Source of the DNA: Nostoc sp.
GTDB lineage: Bacteria; Cyanobacteriota; Cyanobacteriia; Cyanobacteriales; Nostocaceae
DNA length: 64,000 bases
Direction of reading: 5' to 3'
Assembly: GCA_036918135.1 (NCBI GenBank)
Contig: JBALDB010000008.1
Coordinates: 1-64,000 of the forward strand
Below, piece after piece: positions 1 through 10,075 of this stretch. How positions within the stretch are numbered: position 1 is the stretch's first letter; every line of letters begins with the position of its first letter. A program made the position numbers and the translations under genes. A model generated the notes under the pieces. The model was given only the letters and a program-made list of their open reading frames with translations. It did not search any database and was not told the origin of the DNA.

Positions 1-93
1 CGCTCAATCCCTCAAAACGTCCAGCCATCAACTGACACACCCAACTCAAATCAAAAGTAGATTCCCACAATCTTACATTAGTGGGATAGGTTC
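1..93 (-). mobile_element. Left end of an IS5-family element; transposase start (MAGRFEGLS...) runs off the window edge
   Basis: Minus-strand ATG at 28 gives MAGRFEGLS, which I recognise as a cyanobacterial IS5-type transposase N-terminus; candidate terminal sequence GAACCTATCCCACTAAT ends at 93. Confidence 0.55.
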
Positions 94-159
94 AATGTAA
101 TCCTGGGTATTCATAGTGTTGAAATTGGGAATTCCCAGAGTTACGTTCGCTGCTTGCAT
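73..159 (-). pseudogene. 5' stub of a gene apparently truncated by the IS (MQAANVTLGIPNFNTMNTQDYIEPIPLM*)
   Basis: AGGAG RBS 5 nt before ATG; the reading frame runs into the putative IS end and stops inside it. Confidence 0.4.
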
Positions 160-737
160 ATTTACTCCTGATAATTTTAAGAGGTTTAAATCAAACTAGA
201 AAACATCTGAAAGATTACCAGTCGAATCAGGAATTCAACAGGTATAAGCATAATTTAAAAAAATCTAGCTTTGTTCTTCGTTTTATAATTGCCAATTGCA
301 GAGTGCTATTGACATGAAAGCAAAAACTTTACTCTCAAGATTAGTAGGTCATGTCAAAGACAAGCAATATTATTCAATACTGTAGATTTTTTTAAATATC
401 TCAACTAGTCAGTAATTATTGACCAGCTATTTGCTCATTTTTCAGACACGCAACCTGTGTAGGACATCTTTTACCTACTTTTAGTGAAGAAAACCAGTTG
501 CCCACTCTGTCTGAATGTAAAATTTTGCTGGCATAAAAATCGATAGTGTAAAGTGTAACGTTTTCGATAGTAACTATGTCTTCGTCTGCATCTTGCGGAC
601 AAAAAGTTTGATATTTTTATCAAATATCTTTAGTTAGTCAAGAAAAGCTATTTTTTCACTGTTGTATCATTTAGACTATCATTAAATTCCCAGTCTTTCA
701 ATGCTGGGGAGGGGGATAAGAAAATTGCAGTGCCAAA

Positions 738-1030
738 TTAGCACCTGTAAATCGCCCAATTGAAGTTAAATCCAGAGAAAGTTGAGTAGATACTGAGTTG
801 ATCTGTTGCTATTAGTTTTGAACACTGCAATCGTTTGAGTATTTCACTGACTCGCTCATCTAAACGAGTTTTGACTGTCTCAAATAAATTAGCGATCGCT
901 CCTTCACATATCTTTAGCCCAAAAACTTGTGAAAATAGTTGAGATAGCCGTTCGTAGCTGATGGCATGGCTGTAACATAGATAGGTTGCCATAACTTTGA
1001 GTTTAACTGCCGAACGGCGAACCTAGCTCC
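738..1030 (-). pseudogene. IS66-family transposase fragment
   Basis: YLCYSHAISYERLSQLFSQVFGLKICEGAIANL matches the IS66 Tnp central region; truncated at both ends. Confidence 0.75.
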
Positions 1031-1066
1031 ATTCCCAACAGTATCAGTTTATTTTCTGGAAGTCCC

Positions 1067-1951
1067 TTAGCGCATCTTTTGCTCAAAGAACTCTACAAAG
1101 ACCTTAACTTTCATGGGAATATATTTTCGGCTAGGATAAAGTGCGTTAATTGGGATTGGAGCTGATGACCACTGGGATAAGACGTTTACTATATTCCCAC
1201 CCTGTAACTCCTGCTGAAACAGAAATTCTGGCATCAGCCCAATTCCTACTCCAGCAACGATTGCTTGATAAATGGGGGCAACGTCATTGCTGAGTAGTCG
1301 TGGACGAAAGGAGAGCGTTACTGTTTGGTGCTGTTCATTGTGCAATGTCCAGGTCACATCGTTCTGACGATGAGCCATACAAAGCAGCGCATGACTGGTC
1401 AAATCAGAAATTGCTCTTGGTTCGCCAGCGGTTTTGAGATAGGTCGCGCTGGCAAAGAGTTTCATCCGATCTGTGCTAATCCGTCGCACGATTAGAGATG
1501 AATCGTGCAATTCCCCAATCCGAATCGCTAGATCGTACCCTTCTTTGACAATATCCTTGTATTCAGTCGTCGCATGGAGAATCACTCGAATATCGGGGTA
1601 GGTCAGTAGAAACTCTGGCAAATTAGGTGCGAGAACAGACTGGACAAACAATACGGTAGCTGTCACTCGTACAGTGCCCTGCGGATGCTCCTGTAAGCTA
1701 GCGATCGCATCATTACCGTCATGTAACGCATCCACAATGGGTAGACAGTTTTCGTAATACAGTCGTCCTTCTTCAGTTAGAGAAACCCGCCGCGTCGTGC
1801 GATGAAATAATCGGACTCCTAGCCGTTGCTCTAGCGCATTTACCTTCAGACTGACAGTAGATTTAGGCAAGTCCAGCGATCGTGCTGCTGCGACAAATCC
1901 TCCCAGTTCTGCGACTTTGAGAAATATTAAAACAGCGTTCGCGTCATCCAT
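1067..1951 (-). CDS. LysR-family transcriptional regulator (CrgA/DmlR-like)
   Basis: N-terminal HTH (GFVAAARSLDLPKSTVS...LEQRLGVRLFHRTTRRVSLTEEG) plus substrate-binding domain; divergent from the oxidoreductase operon. Confidence 0.95.
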   Translation of the reverse strand: MDDANAVLIFLKVAELGGFVAAARSLDLPKSTVSLKVNALEQRLGVRLFHRTTRRVSLTEEGRLYYENCLPIVDALHDGNDAIASLQEHPQGTVRVTATVLFVQSVLAPNLPEFLLTYPDIRVILHATTEYKDIVKEGYDLAIRIGELHDSSLIVRRISTDRMKLFASATYLKTAGEPRAISDLTSHALLCMAHRQNDVTWTLHNEQHQTVTLSFRPRLLSNDVAPIYQAIVAGVGIGLMPEFLFQQELQGGNIVNVLSQWSSAPIPINALYPSRKYIPMKVKVFVEFFEQKMR

Positions 1952-1970
1952 ACCTTGCACTCACTGACTT

Positions 1971-2062
1971 GAAAGAGGGGTGTAAGGGTGTCGGGTGTGG
2001 GGTGTAGGGAAAAATACATTTTTCATGCTTGGTGGTGAAACTTGTTTCATCGGGACTGCCTT
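1971..2062. repeat. Dispersed repeat family copy 1 (GGGTGT(A/G)G heptamers + GGTGAAACTTGTTTCATCGGGACTGCCTT)
   Basis: Identical 29-bp core also at 53279 and 62676. Confidence 0.85.
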
Positions 2063-2242
2063 GAAATTATCAAAACTCTGCTATTGTCCAGCATTATAAA
2101 CAATCAATCCATAAAAACTATCTTTATCTGCATGAATTGATGAATCATACTAGTGATGTCAAACATACGGAGACAGTCCTAGTCAAAGCCGCATTTCTCT
2201 AATCAGAAAACCCACACTTGCGTTAGATAGGAGAGTTAAAAC

Positions 2243-2866
2243 ATGAAAGTCCTAGTCATAGGAGCCGCTGGCAAGACCGGTAGAGCTGTAGTCGAACAGG
2301 CTGTGGCTGCTGGACATCAGGTCACGGCATTCGTTCACAAAGCTGATGAATACGAGGTCTCGGACGTTCGCGTCATCGAAGGTGATGCCACCGACAGTGT
2401 TGCAATGGACGCAGCAGTCCTCGGTCAAGACGCTGTTCTTGACACGATTGGCGGCAAAACACCTTACAAAGCAACTACGCTCGAATCGAGCGCTGCCAAC
2501 ACAATCATCGCTTCGATGCAGCGAAACGGTGTGCGCCGTCTCGTGGTAACTTCAATGATTGGCGAAGGGGATAGTGAGGCGAATGCCACCCTGTATGAGC
2601 GCTTATTGGTTTCGACCTTTTTGCGCGGTGCGGACAAAGACAAAGCGGCAATGGAGTCCGCTGTCGAGTCAAGCGGTCTGGACTGGGTGATTCTTCGCCC
2701 AGCCCTCCTCACCGACGACCCTGCCACGGGGAACGTTCAAGTCTTCGATCCAAAAACAGGTGAGAAGGCCCATAAAATTACCCGTGCCGACTTGGCTAAG
2801 TTCATACTTGCCCAGCTTTCCAGTAACGAATACCTGCATCAAGCCGTTACTATCGCAAATAGCTAA
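2243..2866 (+). CDS. NAD(P)H-binding oxidoreductase (flavin reductase/BVR-B-like atypical SDR)
   Basis: GAAGKTG Rossmann motif, SGLDWVILRP and ITRADLA motifs; GGAG RBS. Confidence 0.9.
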   Translation: MKVLVIGAAGKTGRAVVEQAVAAGHQVTAFVHKADEYEVSDVRVIEGDATDSVAMDAAVLGQDAVLDTIGGKTPYKATTLESSAANTIIASMQRNGVRRLVVTSMIGEGDSEANATLYERLLVSTFLRGADKDKAAMESAVESSGLDWVILRPALLTDDPATGNVQVFDPKTGEKAHKITRADLAKFILAQLSSNEYLHQAVTIANS

Positions 2867-2998
2867 GAACTCTTTGACCACGCTCTGTTTCTGGTCTCAG
2901 CAGCGTGTTTGTTGAGGCTTCGGCGTCTGCTTTCTCAAGCGGTATGCCTCCTTTTTTGTCCGGTTTTCACAATCAAGCAAGCTAAATAGAGGTGACAT

Positions 2999-3301
2999 AT
3001 GCAATATCTTGTTATCTTCACACCCAAACAGAAATTCGAGACTGATGGAATGCCCTCTGACTTCCAAGAACGGGAACTCGAAGAGCAGGCGCAAGCGCAA
3101 GTCCTTTACGGGGAGGGAGGTCTGCGTCAAGTGTGGGCGCTGGATACGAAAAACCGCGGTGCAGCCGTTCTCTTTGAAGCAGAGTCACCGGAGCATCTGC
3201 AAAAGATGATCGACAGCTTTCCGCTGATCCAGGTTGATTACGCTGACTACCAAATCTTGCCGCTCGCGCCGTATCCAGCATTCGCGAAGAAGTCGGTCTA
3301 A
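2999..3301 (+). CDS. Muconolactone delta-isomerase-like (dimeric alpha/beta barrel) protein
   Basis: 100 aa; E..QAQVLY.EG.LRQVW...LFEAES.EHLQKMIDSFPL...ILPLAPYP pattern; GAGGT RBS. Confidence 0.7.
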   Translation: MQYLVIFTPKQKFETDGMPSDFQERELEEQAQAQVLYGEGGLRQVWALDTKNRGAAVLFEAESPEHLQKMIDSFPLIQVDYADYQILPLAPYPAFAKKSV

Positions 3302-3339
3302 TCGCACCGCCCAGAGCAATGCGCTCCGGCGAACGAAGG

Positions 3340-3450
3340 CTGGCTTCGCCGCTTTACAGCAACTTCACTGACCTGCCCCCGATTAAAATTCACGTCGGAA
3401 CGAGCGAGGTGCTTCTCGATGACACGCACCGCTATGCCAATCGTAGGGTA
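3340..3450 (+). pseudogene. Internal fragment of an HSL-family alpha/beta-hydrolase (esterase)
   Basis: Translates to LASPLYSNFTDLPPIKIHVGTSEVLLDDTHRYANR, the conserved catalytic-acid region; no start codon; absent from the ORF track. Confidence 0.7.
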
Positions 3451-3625
3451 AGCGTTTTGAAAATACTGCATACCACGGTGCAAGTCTAGAGACAACCTGA
3501 TTCAAAAAGGTGACTTGCAAGGATTATAGTTTGGTGCGGGGAGATTTTTTGTCGGCGATCGCATTACCAACCAGAGCGATCCCTTTACTATTTCTTTTAT
3601 ATAAATTTAACTACATTATGAAGAT

Positions 3626-3751
3626 TAGACCTCTTGCATAAATTCTTAAACTGTCATATTAAGCAAAGTGAAACATTTGGTGAGATTCTTCACTACACTA
3701 CGTTTCGTTCAGAATGACATTCCTGATTTTTTGACTTTTGCAAGAGGTCTA
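3626..3751. mobile_element. 126-bp MITE-like element
   Basis: Perfect 13-bp terminal inverted repeats TAGACCTCTTGCA / TGCAAGAGGTCTA. Confidence 0.8.
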
Positions 3752-3977
3752 TTCAATTACAAGCACGGTGACTATACTTCAAACCGTGCAATGATAAGTA
3801 TTAATTTTACGCTTCGGACTGTTGGATAATCAAGAACGAAGTTTGGCTCAGATGAGAAAGAAGCTTAACGGCAACTGTTAGGTTGCCAAAATTTGTTTGG
3901 GTTTAGTTGTTAATTGAAAGCTGTGTCCAATTTTACAGTTTCGTTGTGTTAGATATTATTGAAATAACAATTAAAAA

Positions 3978-4775
3978 TCAGTAAGTTGAGGTAAAGTTCT
4001 CTGTTTCGATAAAGGATAAAAATGATAAAGGCTGACTCATGTTAGCAGCAAAGCCTAGAATTCCTGGATCTCGATGTTCGTAAAGTAACTGACCTTCAGT
4101 ATCAAACAGAAAGGTTCCACCACGCTGAGTTAAATAGGCAGAATTAGGTACATAAGTTAGCCAATTGCTCAGAACTTCTACCATATTCCGTAGCCGTAGA
4201 GTTGCTAATTCAAAGGGACGTTGAAACCCACTTCCACCTGCTAATTGAAAAAATGAGCCTTGAAAAGCAGGTAGAGGAGTACCTTGAATAATTTCATCAT
4301 CTTCAATGAGTTGAGGGGCTTGACGATCTCCCGTGTATCCACGAAAAACTTCTCTTAGCGTTCCAGGACTTCCAAACCCTGCACACATTAACACTAGATT
4401 TAGCCAAGCTTTCACAGACCCAGAAAGTCCAGGGAGAGAAAAATTCAGACCCGAATAAAGCTTGAGTTGGTGATGTAGTTCTGCATTAGGTTCAATAAAT
4501 AAATTTTCAGGTGGAAATCCTGTATACTCACAGAATCTTGTTCCAGAAGCGCGATTGCCAATTCCCACTGCACGAATAGCGAGTTTTTCAAGAGGAAATT
4601 TTTTAGCTTTGCGCTGTAACCACCATGCATATTCAAGACTATCAAAATCCCCAAGTTGTGGCCAGACTAAAATAAGGATATATGAAGCAGTCTCGCAATT
4701 TTCTAGTAGGGGTCGGGTCATGCCATCACTAACCCGCTGAAGTTCGGTCTGACTAAGGATAGTGTAGAGATTCAT
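3978..4775 (-). CDS. Peroxiredoxin-like AhpC/TSA-family protein
   Basis: PQLGDFDSLEY, MCAGFGSPGTLREVFRGY, FQRPFELATLRL and LTQRGGTFLFD motifs typical of the cyanobacterial/plant AhpC-TSA_2 family. Confidence 0.8.
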   Translation of the reverse strand: MNLYTILSQTELQRVSDGMTRPLLENCETASYILILVWPQLGDFDSLEYAWWLQRKAKKFPLEKLAIRAVGIGNRASGTRFCEYTGFPPENLFIEPNAELHHQLKLYSGLNFSLPGLSGSVKAWLNLVLMCAGFGSPGTLREVFRGYTGDRQAPQLIEDDEIIQGTPLPAFQGSFFQLAGGSGFQRPFELATLRLRNMVEVLSNWLTYVPNSAYLTQRGGTFLFDTEGQLLYEHRDPGILGFAANMSQPLSFLSFIETENFTSTY

Positions 4776-5038
4776 TACGAGAGATTAACTGCTATTTAAC
4801 TATCCAATTTTAATCTAATTTATTAGAATTTCTGTTGATTTTTCTGACAATTTTTGTCTAGCTTTCAGTAATTACCAACCAGACAATATAACTGTTGATT
4901 AGTTTTACTTTATTTGGTATTAAAGTTATCTAATTGGATAAATTTGGCTGAAAACTCAAATTAAATCAAACTTAATTGCTCCTCAACTTTTGCCCTCTCC
5001 AAATACTCAGCCTTCAACCTGAAAAAGCAGATACAAGT

Positions 5039-5068
5039 GCGATGCCTACGGTGCTTGCTAGCCTACGC
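5039..5068. repeat. 22-bp small dispersed repeat inserted in a HIP1 site
   Basis: GCGAT[gcctacggtgcttgctagccta]CGC; resembles the insert at 33077. Confidence 0.65.
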
Positions 5069-5151
5069 CCATTACTTTTTCAATCCCATGCGATCGCTTG
5101 TTGTCGAACCCAATACAATCGCTTACTATTTGGTGTTATCAGGATAGTCCG

Positions 5152-6639
5152 TTACGCCAAGTCTTGGCTAATAAATCCAGCAGCAGTGCGTGCTGCTTCT
5201 AAAATTGTGAGTAATCCGCTTCCTGGGTGAACTGCACCACCAATCCAGTACAACCCACCAATATTTTCAGAACGAATTGGAGGGCGAAATGGGCCAAGTT
5301 GGCTCCAATTGTGGCTGAGATTAAACACAGCGCCCAAATGAACTCGATAATCATCATGCCAAGTTTGTGCAGTGTAACATCTGTGGGTAACAATATGTTT
5401 CTCAATATTGTCATATCCAAGTTTAGATAAACGTTTAATAATAAAGTCTTGGTAACTTTTTTGTTTAATATCCCAGTCAACAGCATAAGAAGTATTTGGA
5501 ATTGGTACTAAGACAAACAATGTGCTGTGTCCAACTGGTGCATTACTGGGATCTATAATTGTCGGATTACAGACATAAAATGGCGGATCGATTTCATCTA
5601 ATGCAGAATCATCTATCCAAGGGCGTTCGCGTCGGCGAATGTGTTCTGATAAGTAGATTTGATGATGTGGTAAGTCTTCGTAGCGGCGATTTATACCCAA
5701 ATAAAGCATAAATGTAGAGCATGAGAATTGCATTTGCTTAAGCTTGCGATCGCTGTAGCGACCTCGTACTGGAGTTGGTAGCAAATGACACATAGCATAG
5801 CCAAAGTCAGCATTAATTACTACTGCATCAAAATTCAGGCGATCGCCAGCAGCCAATTTAATACCACGAACTTGCTCCTGCTCAATCCAGACTTGATGCA
5901 CTGGACAATTGAGGTGAATTTGCACCCCTAAATCTTGAGCAGCTTTACCCAACCCCTGTGCTAATGCGCGGAATCCTCCCATTGGATGCCATACTCCTTG
6001 TGCAAACTCCAAAAATGGAATCAGACTAAATACACTGGCTGCTACAGTAGGATGCATTCCTAAATATTTCGAGGGATAGCTCAAAGCATAGACTAACCGC
6101 TCATCCTCAAAAAATCGCCAAAAGTGTTGAAATAAACTTTCCCAGGGACGAAATGAGAGAAAAGGAACAATTTCATGCAAACGTAAGTAACCCAATAGAG
6201 TCCGTACAGGGCTTCCCAAATAAGGTTTGTAGCCCAATTCATATTTACGGATATGTTCTGCGTACCAGCGATCGAATGATAATGGTAAATCTGACCGCAA
6301 GTTTGCCAGTTGTGTTTTAAAGGCATTTAAATCTGAGGTTAAATCCAGTTGCGTACCATCCCAAAATCTTAGGTGAGTATAGGGTTCCAATCGTTTGAGT
6401 TGAACATAGTCGGCAAAATTTAAGCCAGCTTCTCCAAAAAGCTCCTCATATAAGTATGGCAGTTGGAGAATGGTAGGCCCTGTATCAAAGGCGTATGAAT
6501 CAACTTCTAACCCACCCATCCGTCCACCTACCCGTTCAGCCGCCTCAAAGATTTGCACTTTATACCCTAGTCCCGCAAGCCGGATAGCTGTCGCTAGACC
6601 ACCAGGACCAGCTCCTACAATCGCAATTTGTTTAGACAT
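5152..6639 (-). CDS. crtQ: CrtI-type carotene desaturase, closest to the CrtQa zeta-carotene desaturase of Anabaena
   Basis: GAGPGGL FAD motif, FDTGPTIL, GLYWIGGAVHPGSG; strongly resembles Anabaena CrtQa as I remember it; GGAG RBS before ATG at 6639. Confidence 0.85.
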   Translation of the reverse strand: MSKQIAIVGAGPGGLATAIRLAGLGYKVQIFEAAERVGGRMGGLEVDSYAFDTGPTILQLPYLYEELFGEAGLNFADYVQLKRLEPYTHLRFWDGTQLDLTSDLNAFKTQLANLRSDLPLSFDRWYAEHIRKYELGYKPYLGSPVRTLLGYLRLHEIVPFLSFRPWESLFQHFWRFFEDERLVYALSYPSKYLGMHPTVAASVFSLIPFLEFAQGVWHPMGGFRALAQGLGKAAQDLGVQIHLNCPVHQVWIEQEQVRGIKLAAGDRLNFDAVVINADFGYAMCHLLPTPVRGRYSDRKLKQMQFSCSTFMLYLGINRRYEDLPHHQIYLSEHIRRRERPWIDDSALDEIDPPFYVCNPTIIDPSNAPVGHSTLFVLVPIPNTSYAVDWDIKQKSYQDFIIKRLSKLGYDNIEKHIVTHRCYTAQTWHDDYRVHLGAVFNLSHNWSQLGPFRPPIRSENIGGLYWIGGAVHPGSGLLTILEAARTAAGFISQDLA

Positions 6640-6858
6640 AAATAAACTCCTCATTCATTTAGGTACTAGATACTTCCAACAAAGCATGGCAAAAGGTAAC
6701 GAGTCAAAACTTGTTCAGTTTGCGCCACCAGTTGCGGGGACTTGGCGACGAATTTCTGTCAAGATGAGGCAAGAGTTGTTATTGATAAAAAATTAAACGT
6801 AATTACTACATAAGGGCTTGTATATCTACAATAAAGCGTTTGTAATAATTTCAAAATT

Positions 6859-7056
6859 ATGCCTCAGAGAATCTTGAAAGATATCATTCAATTTTTTGGT
6901 CTAATATGTTTATTAACAGCTGGAATATTTGGTTTCTACATGGCAATGGTAGCGTATCAGTTGTGTCCACTTCAAAATCAGTGTCCCCTAAACCGATTTC
7001 AGCAATCAAAACCAACTTCACTGCAATACCAACAGCGCAAAATTTTAAGTGAATAA
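6859..7056 (+). CDS. Small hypothetical membrane protein
   Basis: 65-aa ORF with one hydrophobic helix and a CPxxxxCP motif; homology unknown. Confidence 0.4.
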   Translation: MPQRILKDIIQFFGLICLLTAGIFGFYMAMVAYQLCPLQNQCPLNRFQQSKPTSLQYQQRKILSE

Positions 7057-7989
7057 AATCGAAAACACCATTTCCGTAATTATGACAGTGGGTGGTTCCA
7101 CAAATGCTGTGTTGCACTTTCTGGCGATCGCCAATGCAGCTGGTGTAGAACTAACACTAGATGACTTTGAAACTATTCGCAAACGTGTGCCAGTTCTGTA
7201 CGATTTGAAACCAAGTGGACGTTACGTAGCTACTGATTTGCACAAAGCTGGTGGCATTCCTCAAGTAATGAAAATGTTACTGGTGCATGGTTTGCTTCAC
7301 GGGGAGTGTCTTACCATCACAGGTAAAACTATCGCCGAAGTCTTGGCAGACATACCAGACGAACCATCCGTGAACCAAGATGTGATTCGTCCTTGGAGTA
7401 ACCCCATGTATGCCAAGGTCACTTAGCTATCCTCAAAGGCAACTTAGCAACCGAAGGGGCTGTTGCCAAAACTACTGGTGTGAAAAAGTCTACAATTAGA
7501 GGGCCAGCACGGGTATATGATTCTGAAGAAGAATATTTAGCTGCGATTTTAGCAGGCAAAATTCAAGCAGGTGATGTCCTGGTTATCCGTTATGAAGGGT
7601 CTAAAGGCGGCCCGGTGATGCGAGAAATGCTGGCTCCCACCTCAGCAATTATCGGTGCTGGTTTAGGTGATGCAGTCGGGTTAATTACTGATGGACGCTT
7701 TTCAGGCGGTACTTACGGGATGGTAGTCGGACACGTTGCTCCTGAAGCCGCAGTTGGTGGTGCGATCGCTCTGGTTGAAGAAGGCGATAGCATCACTATT
7801 GATGCTAATTCTCGCTTGTTACAAATCAACATAGACGATGCAGAATTAGCCAGTCGCCGCGCTAAATGGCAACCCCGTCCATCCCGTTATACAAAAAGCA
7901 TGTTAGCAAAATATACTAAGTTAGTTTCCTCTAGCAGTGTTGGTGCTATTACAGATTTGGATTTATTTAATATCGAGACAAGTTGCTAA
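7049..7989 (+). pseudogene. ilvD: Dihydroxy-acid dehydratase, C-terminal half, frameshifted
   Basis: [18 protein letters not shown] and [11 protein letters not shown] motifs; 5' half missing; 1-nt deletion near 7414; EGPKGGPGM degraded to EGSKGGPVM. Confidence 0.9.
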
Positions 7990-8120
7990 AGTACGTTAAT
8001 TTAAAAATTACAACTAGATAGAAATTAAACCAAAGTACATAAAACTTGAGTATTGCGGTAAATCTTAGACAAGCTTAAAGGTAGAGAACTAGATGGAACT
8101 TGATGAGGCACTATGTTGCT

Positions 8121-9800
8121 TTATTGCTGCAACATCTTTAACAAAACCTCTGGGCTGTCCATTTTATCCATCACAACCTCAATAAAAGCAAGTTGGTCAT
8201 GGTTTTGTTGAACTGTTTGTAATGCTTTGTCTAATTCAGATTCAGTACTAACTTTAATTCCCCAGCCATTGTCGGCAAAAACTTTAGGGAGCTGATGATA
8301 ATTCCAAGGTTGAATGTCGTTATACGGCATCCGTTCACCGTGAATATCACGCTCTATAGTATATCCATCATTGTTAATCAGCAAAATAATCGGTTTAAGA
8401 TTATAGCGTAAGATAGTTGAAAGTTCTTGTCCAGTCATTTGGAAAGACCCGTCACCAACCAGTAGGATAGAGCGACGGTGTGGCGCGGCGATCGCACAAC
8501 CAAGTAATGAACCAACAGAGTAGCCAATCGAACCCCAAAGTACTTGCCCAATAAAGGTAGCTCCTTTTGGTAAAGGAACGATAGAGGCACCAAACAAACA
8601 AGTTCCAGTTTCGGCAACAATAATGTCATCTTCTTGGAGAAAATGAGCGAATCTATGCCAAAAACGCTGTTGTGTAATTGGTGTATAAGAGTCATCATCG
8701 AAAGGCGTTATAAAACCAGCATCTAAATTCTCTGTTGCTGACTTGAAGTTTAGCGTTTGAGGATCGCGGTGCTGTAACCGTTGGCTTAAAGTAGAAAGCA
8801 CATCTGCCATCGCTACATTGTTGTATAAAGCATGTTTGACTTTCACATACTGCCCATGCACTTCAATAGTTTGGGCGGGATCGAGTTTCGCAGAAAACTT
8901 GCCTGTGTTGAAATCAGTCATCAAAGCACCGATAGTTAAAACACAATCTGCTTGTTCAATACGTTTTCTCACAGATTCTTCACTGGCAGCACCATTATAT
9001 ATGCCGATGAATTGGGGGTGCGTTTCTTCTAGCAGTCCTTTTCCCATGTTCATCGTGGCATAAGGATATCCGGTAGCTGTTAGCAGTTCTCGCAATTGTT
9101 CGTGCAAGTGATAGCGAGCCACACCGATATCAGCAATAATCACGGGTTGGGAAGCTTTTTCCAGCATACTTATACAGACATCAACTGCTTCAGCTAAAGT
9201 AGCGCCATCACTCTCAAATACAGGAGGTGTTAGGGAATCAGACGGTGCGGCTACTTCATGTTTAGCAACATCCATAGGTATAGAAATATAAACAGGTAAC
9301 TTCTTCAGCAAACAGATACTTAAAACTCTGTCAATTTCCTTTGTTGCATTTTCGTTTGTTAAATATGCTTGAGCCACCGTTACCTGTTCGTACATTCGGG
9401 CAAAGATTGAGAAATCACCAGTACCAAGCGTATGATGGACAAGTGAACCAAGTGCTTGAATTTTAGTTGCAGGAGAGCCAGTAATCGCTACAACAGGAAC
9501 GTGTTCAGCATAAGCGCCAGCGACACCATTAATAGCGCTGAGTTCACCAACACCAAACGTAGTTACTAATGCTGCTACACCATTAAGCCGCCCATAACCA
9601 TCGGCAGCATAGGATGCATTAAGTTCGTTACAAGTAGAAATTAACTCGATACCATTGTGATTAACAATAGAGTCGAGAAACTCCATATTGTAGTCTCCAG
9701 CAACACCAAATATATGCTTGATGCCAATTTGCTCCAAACGAAGCAATAAATAGTCGCCAACAGTAAAGTTTGCCATTGTCTGAGCCAAAATTTTATTCAT
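8121..9800 (-). CDS. ThDP-dependent alpha-keto-acid decarboxylase (pyruvate/indolepyruvate/branched-chain decarboxylase family)
   Basis: FGVAGDYN, CNELNASYAADGY, VHHTLG and GDGSFQMT...NNDGYTIER ThDP motifs. Confidence 0.92.
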   Translation of the reverse strand: MNKILAQTMANFTVGDYLLLRLEQIGIKHIFGVAGDYNMEFLDSIVNHNGIELISTCNELNASYAADGYGRLNGVAALVTTFGVGELSAINGVAGAYAEHVPVVAITGSPATKIQALGSLVHHTLGTGDFSIFARMYEQVTVAQAYLTNENATKEIDRVLSICLLKKLPVYISIPMDVAKHEVAAPSDSLTPPVFESDGATLAEAVDVCISMLEKASQPVIIADIGVARYHLHEQLRELLTATGYPYATMNMGKGLLEETHPQFIGIYNGAASEESVRKRIEQADCVLTIGALMTDFNTGKFSAKLDPAQTIEVHGQYVKVKHALYNNVAMADVLSTLSQRLQHRDPQTLNFKSATENLDAGFITPFDDDSYTPITQQRFWHRFAHFLQEDDIIVAETGTCLFGASIVPLPKGATFIGQVLWGSIGYSVGSLLGCAIAAPHRRSILLVGDGSFQMTGQELSTILRYNLKPIILLINNDGYTIERDIHGERMPYNDIQPWNYHQLPKVFADNGWGIKVSTESELDKALQTVQQNHDQLAFIEVVMDKMDSPEVLLKMLQQ

Positions 9801-10075
9801 TTAGAGTATAAAAACTTTAACTTAAATGTGTATCTCTCAAGTAAGAATAGGAGGTAGTAAGATTGTAACTTTTGCTGTTAAGTTTCTCAAGAACGCTGCC
9901 ATTCTTCGCAAATTTTCAGGTTCTTAAGGCATTGATAGAACTGTGCGTTCCAAATGTACGAAAATTTGACGATCGGTCTCGCTCGCAAATTCTGCCCACA
10001 AGCGATCGCTCTCGTCCAACCACCAACAAAGCTTGAACTCCTAAATACTATTGTTAGAAAAGTATCCAAACTATT

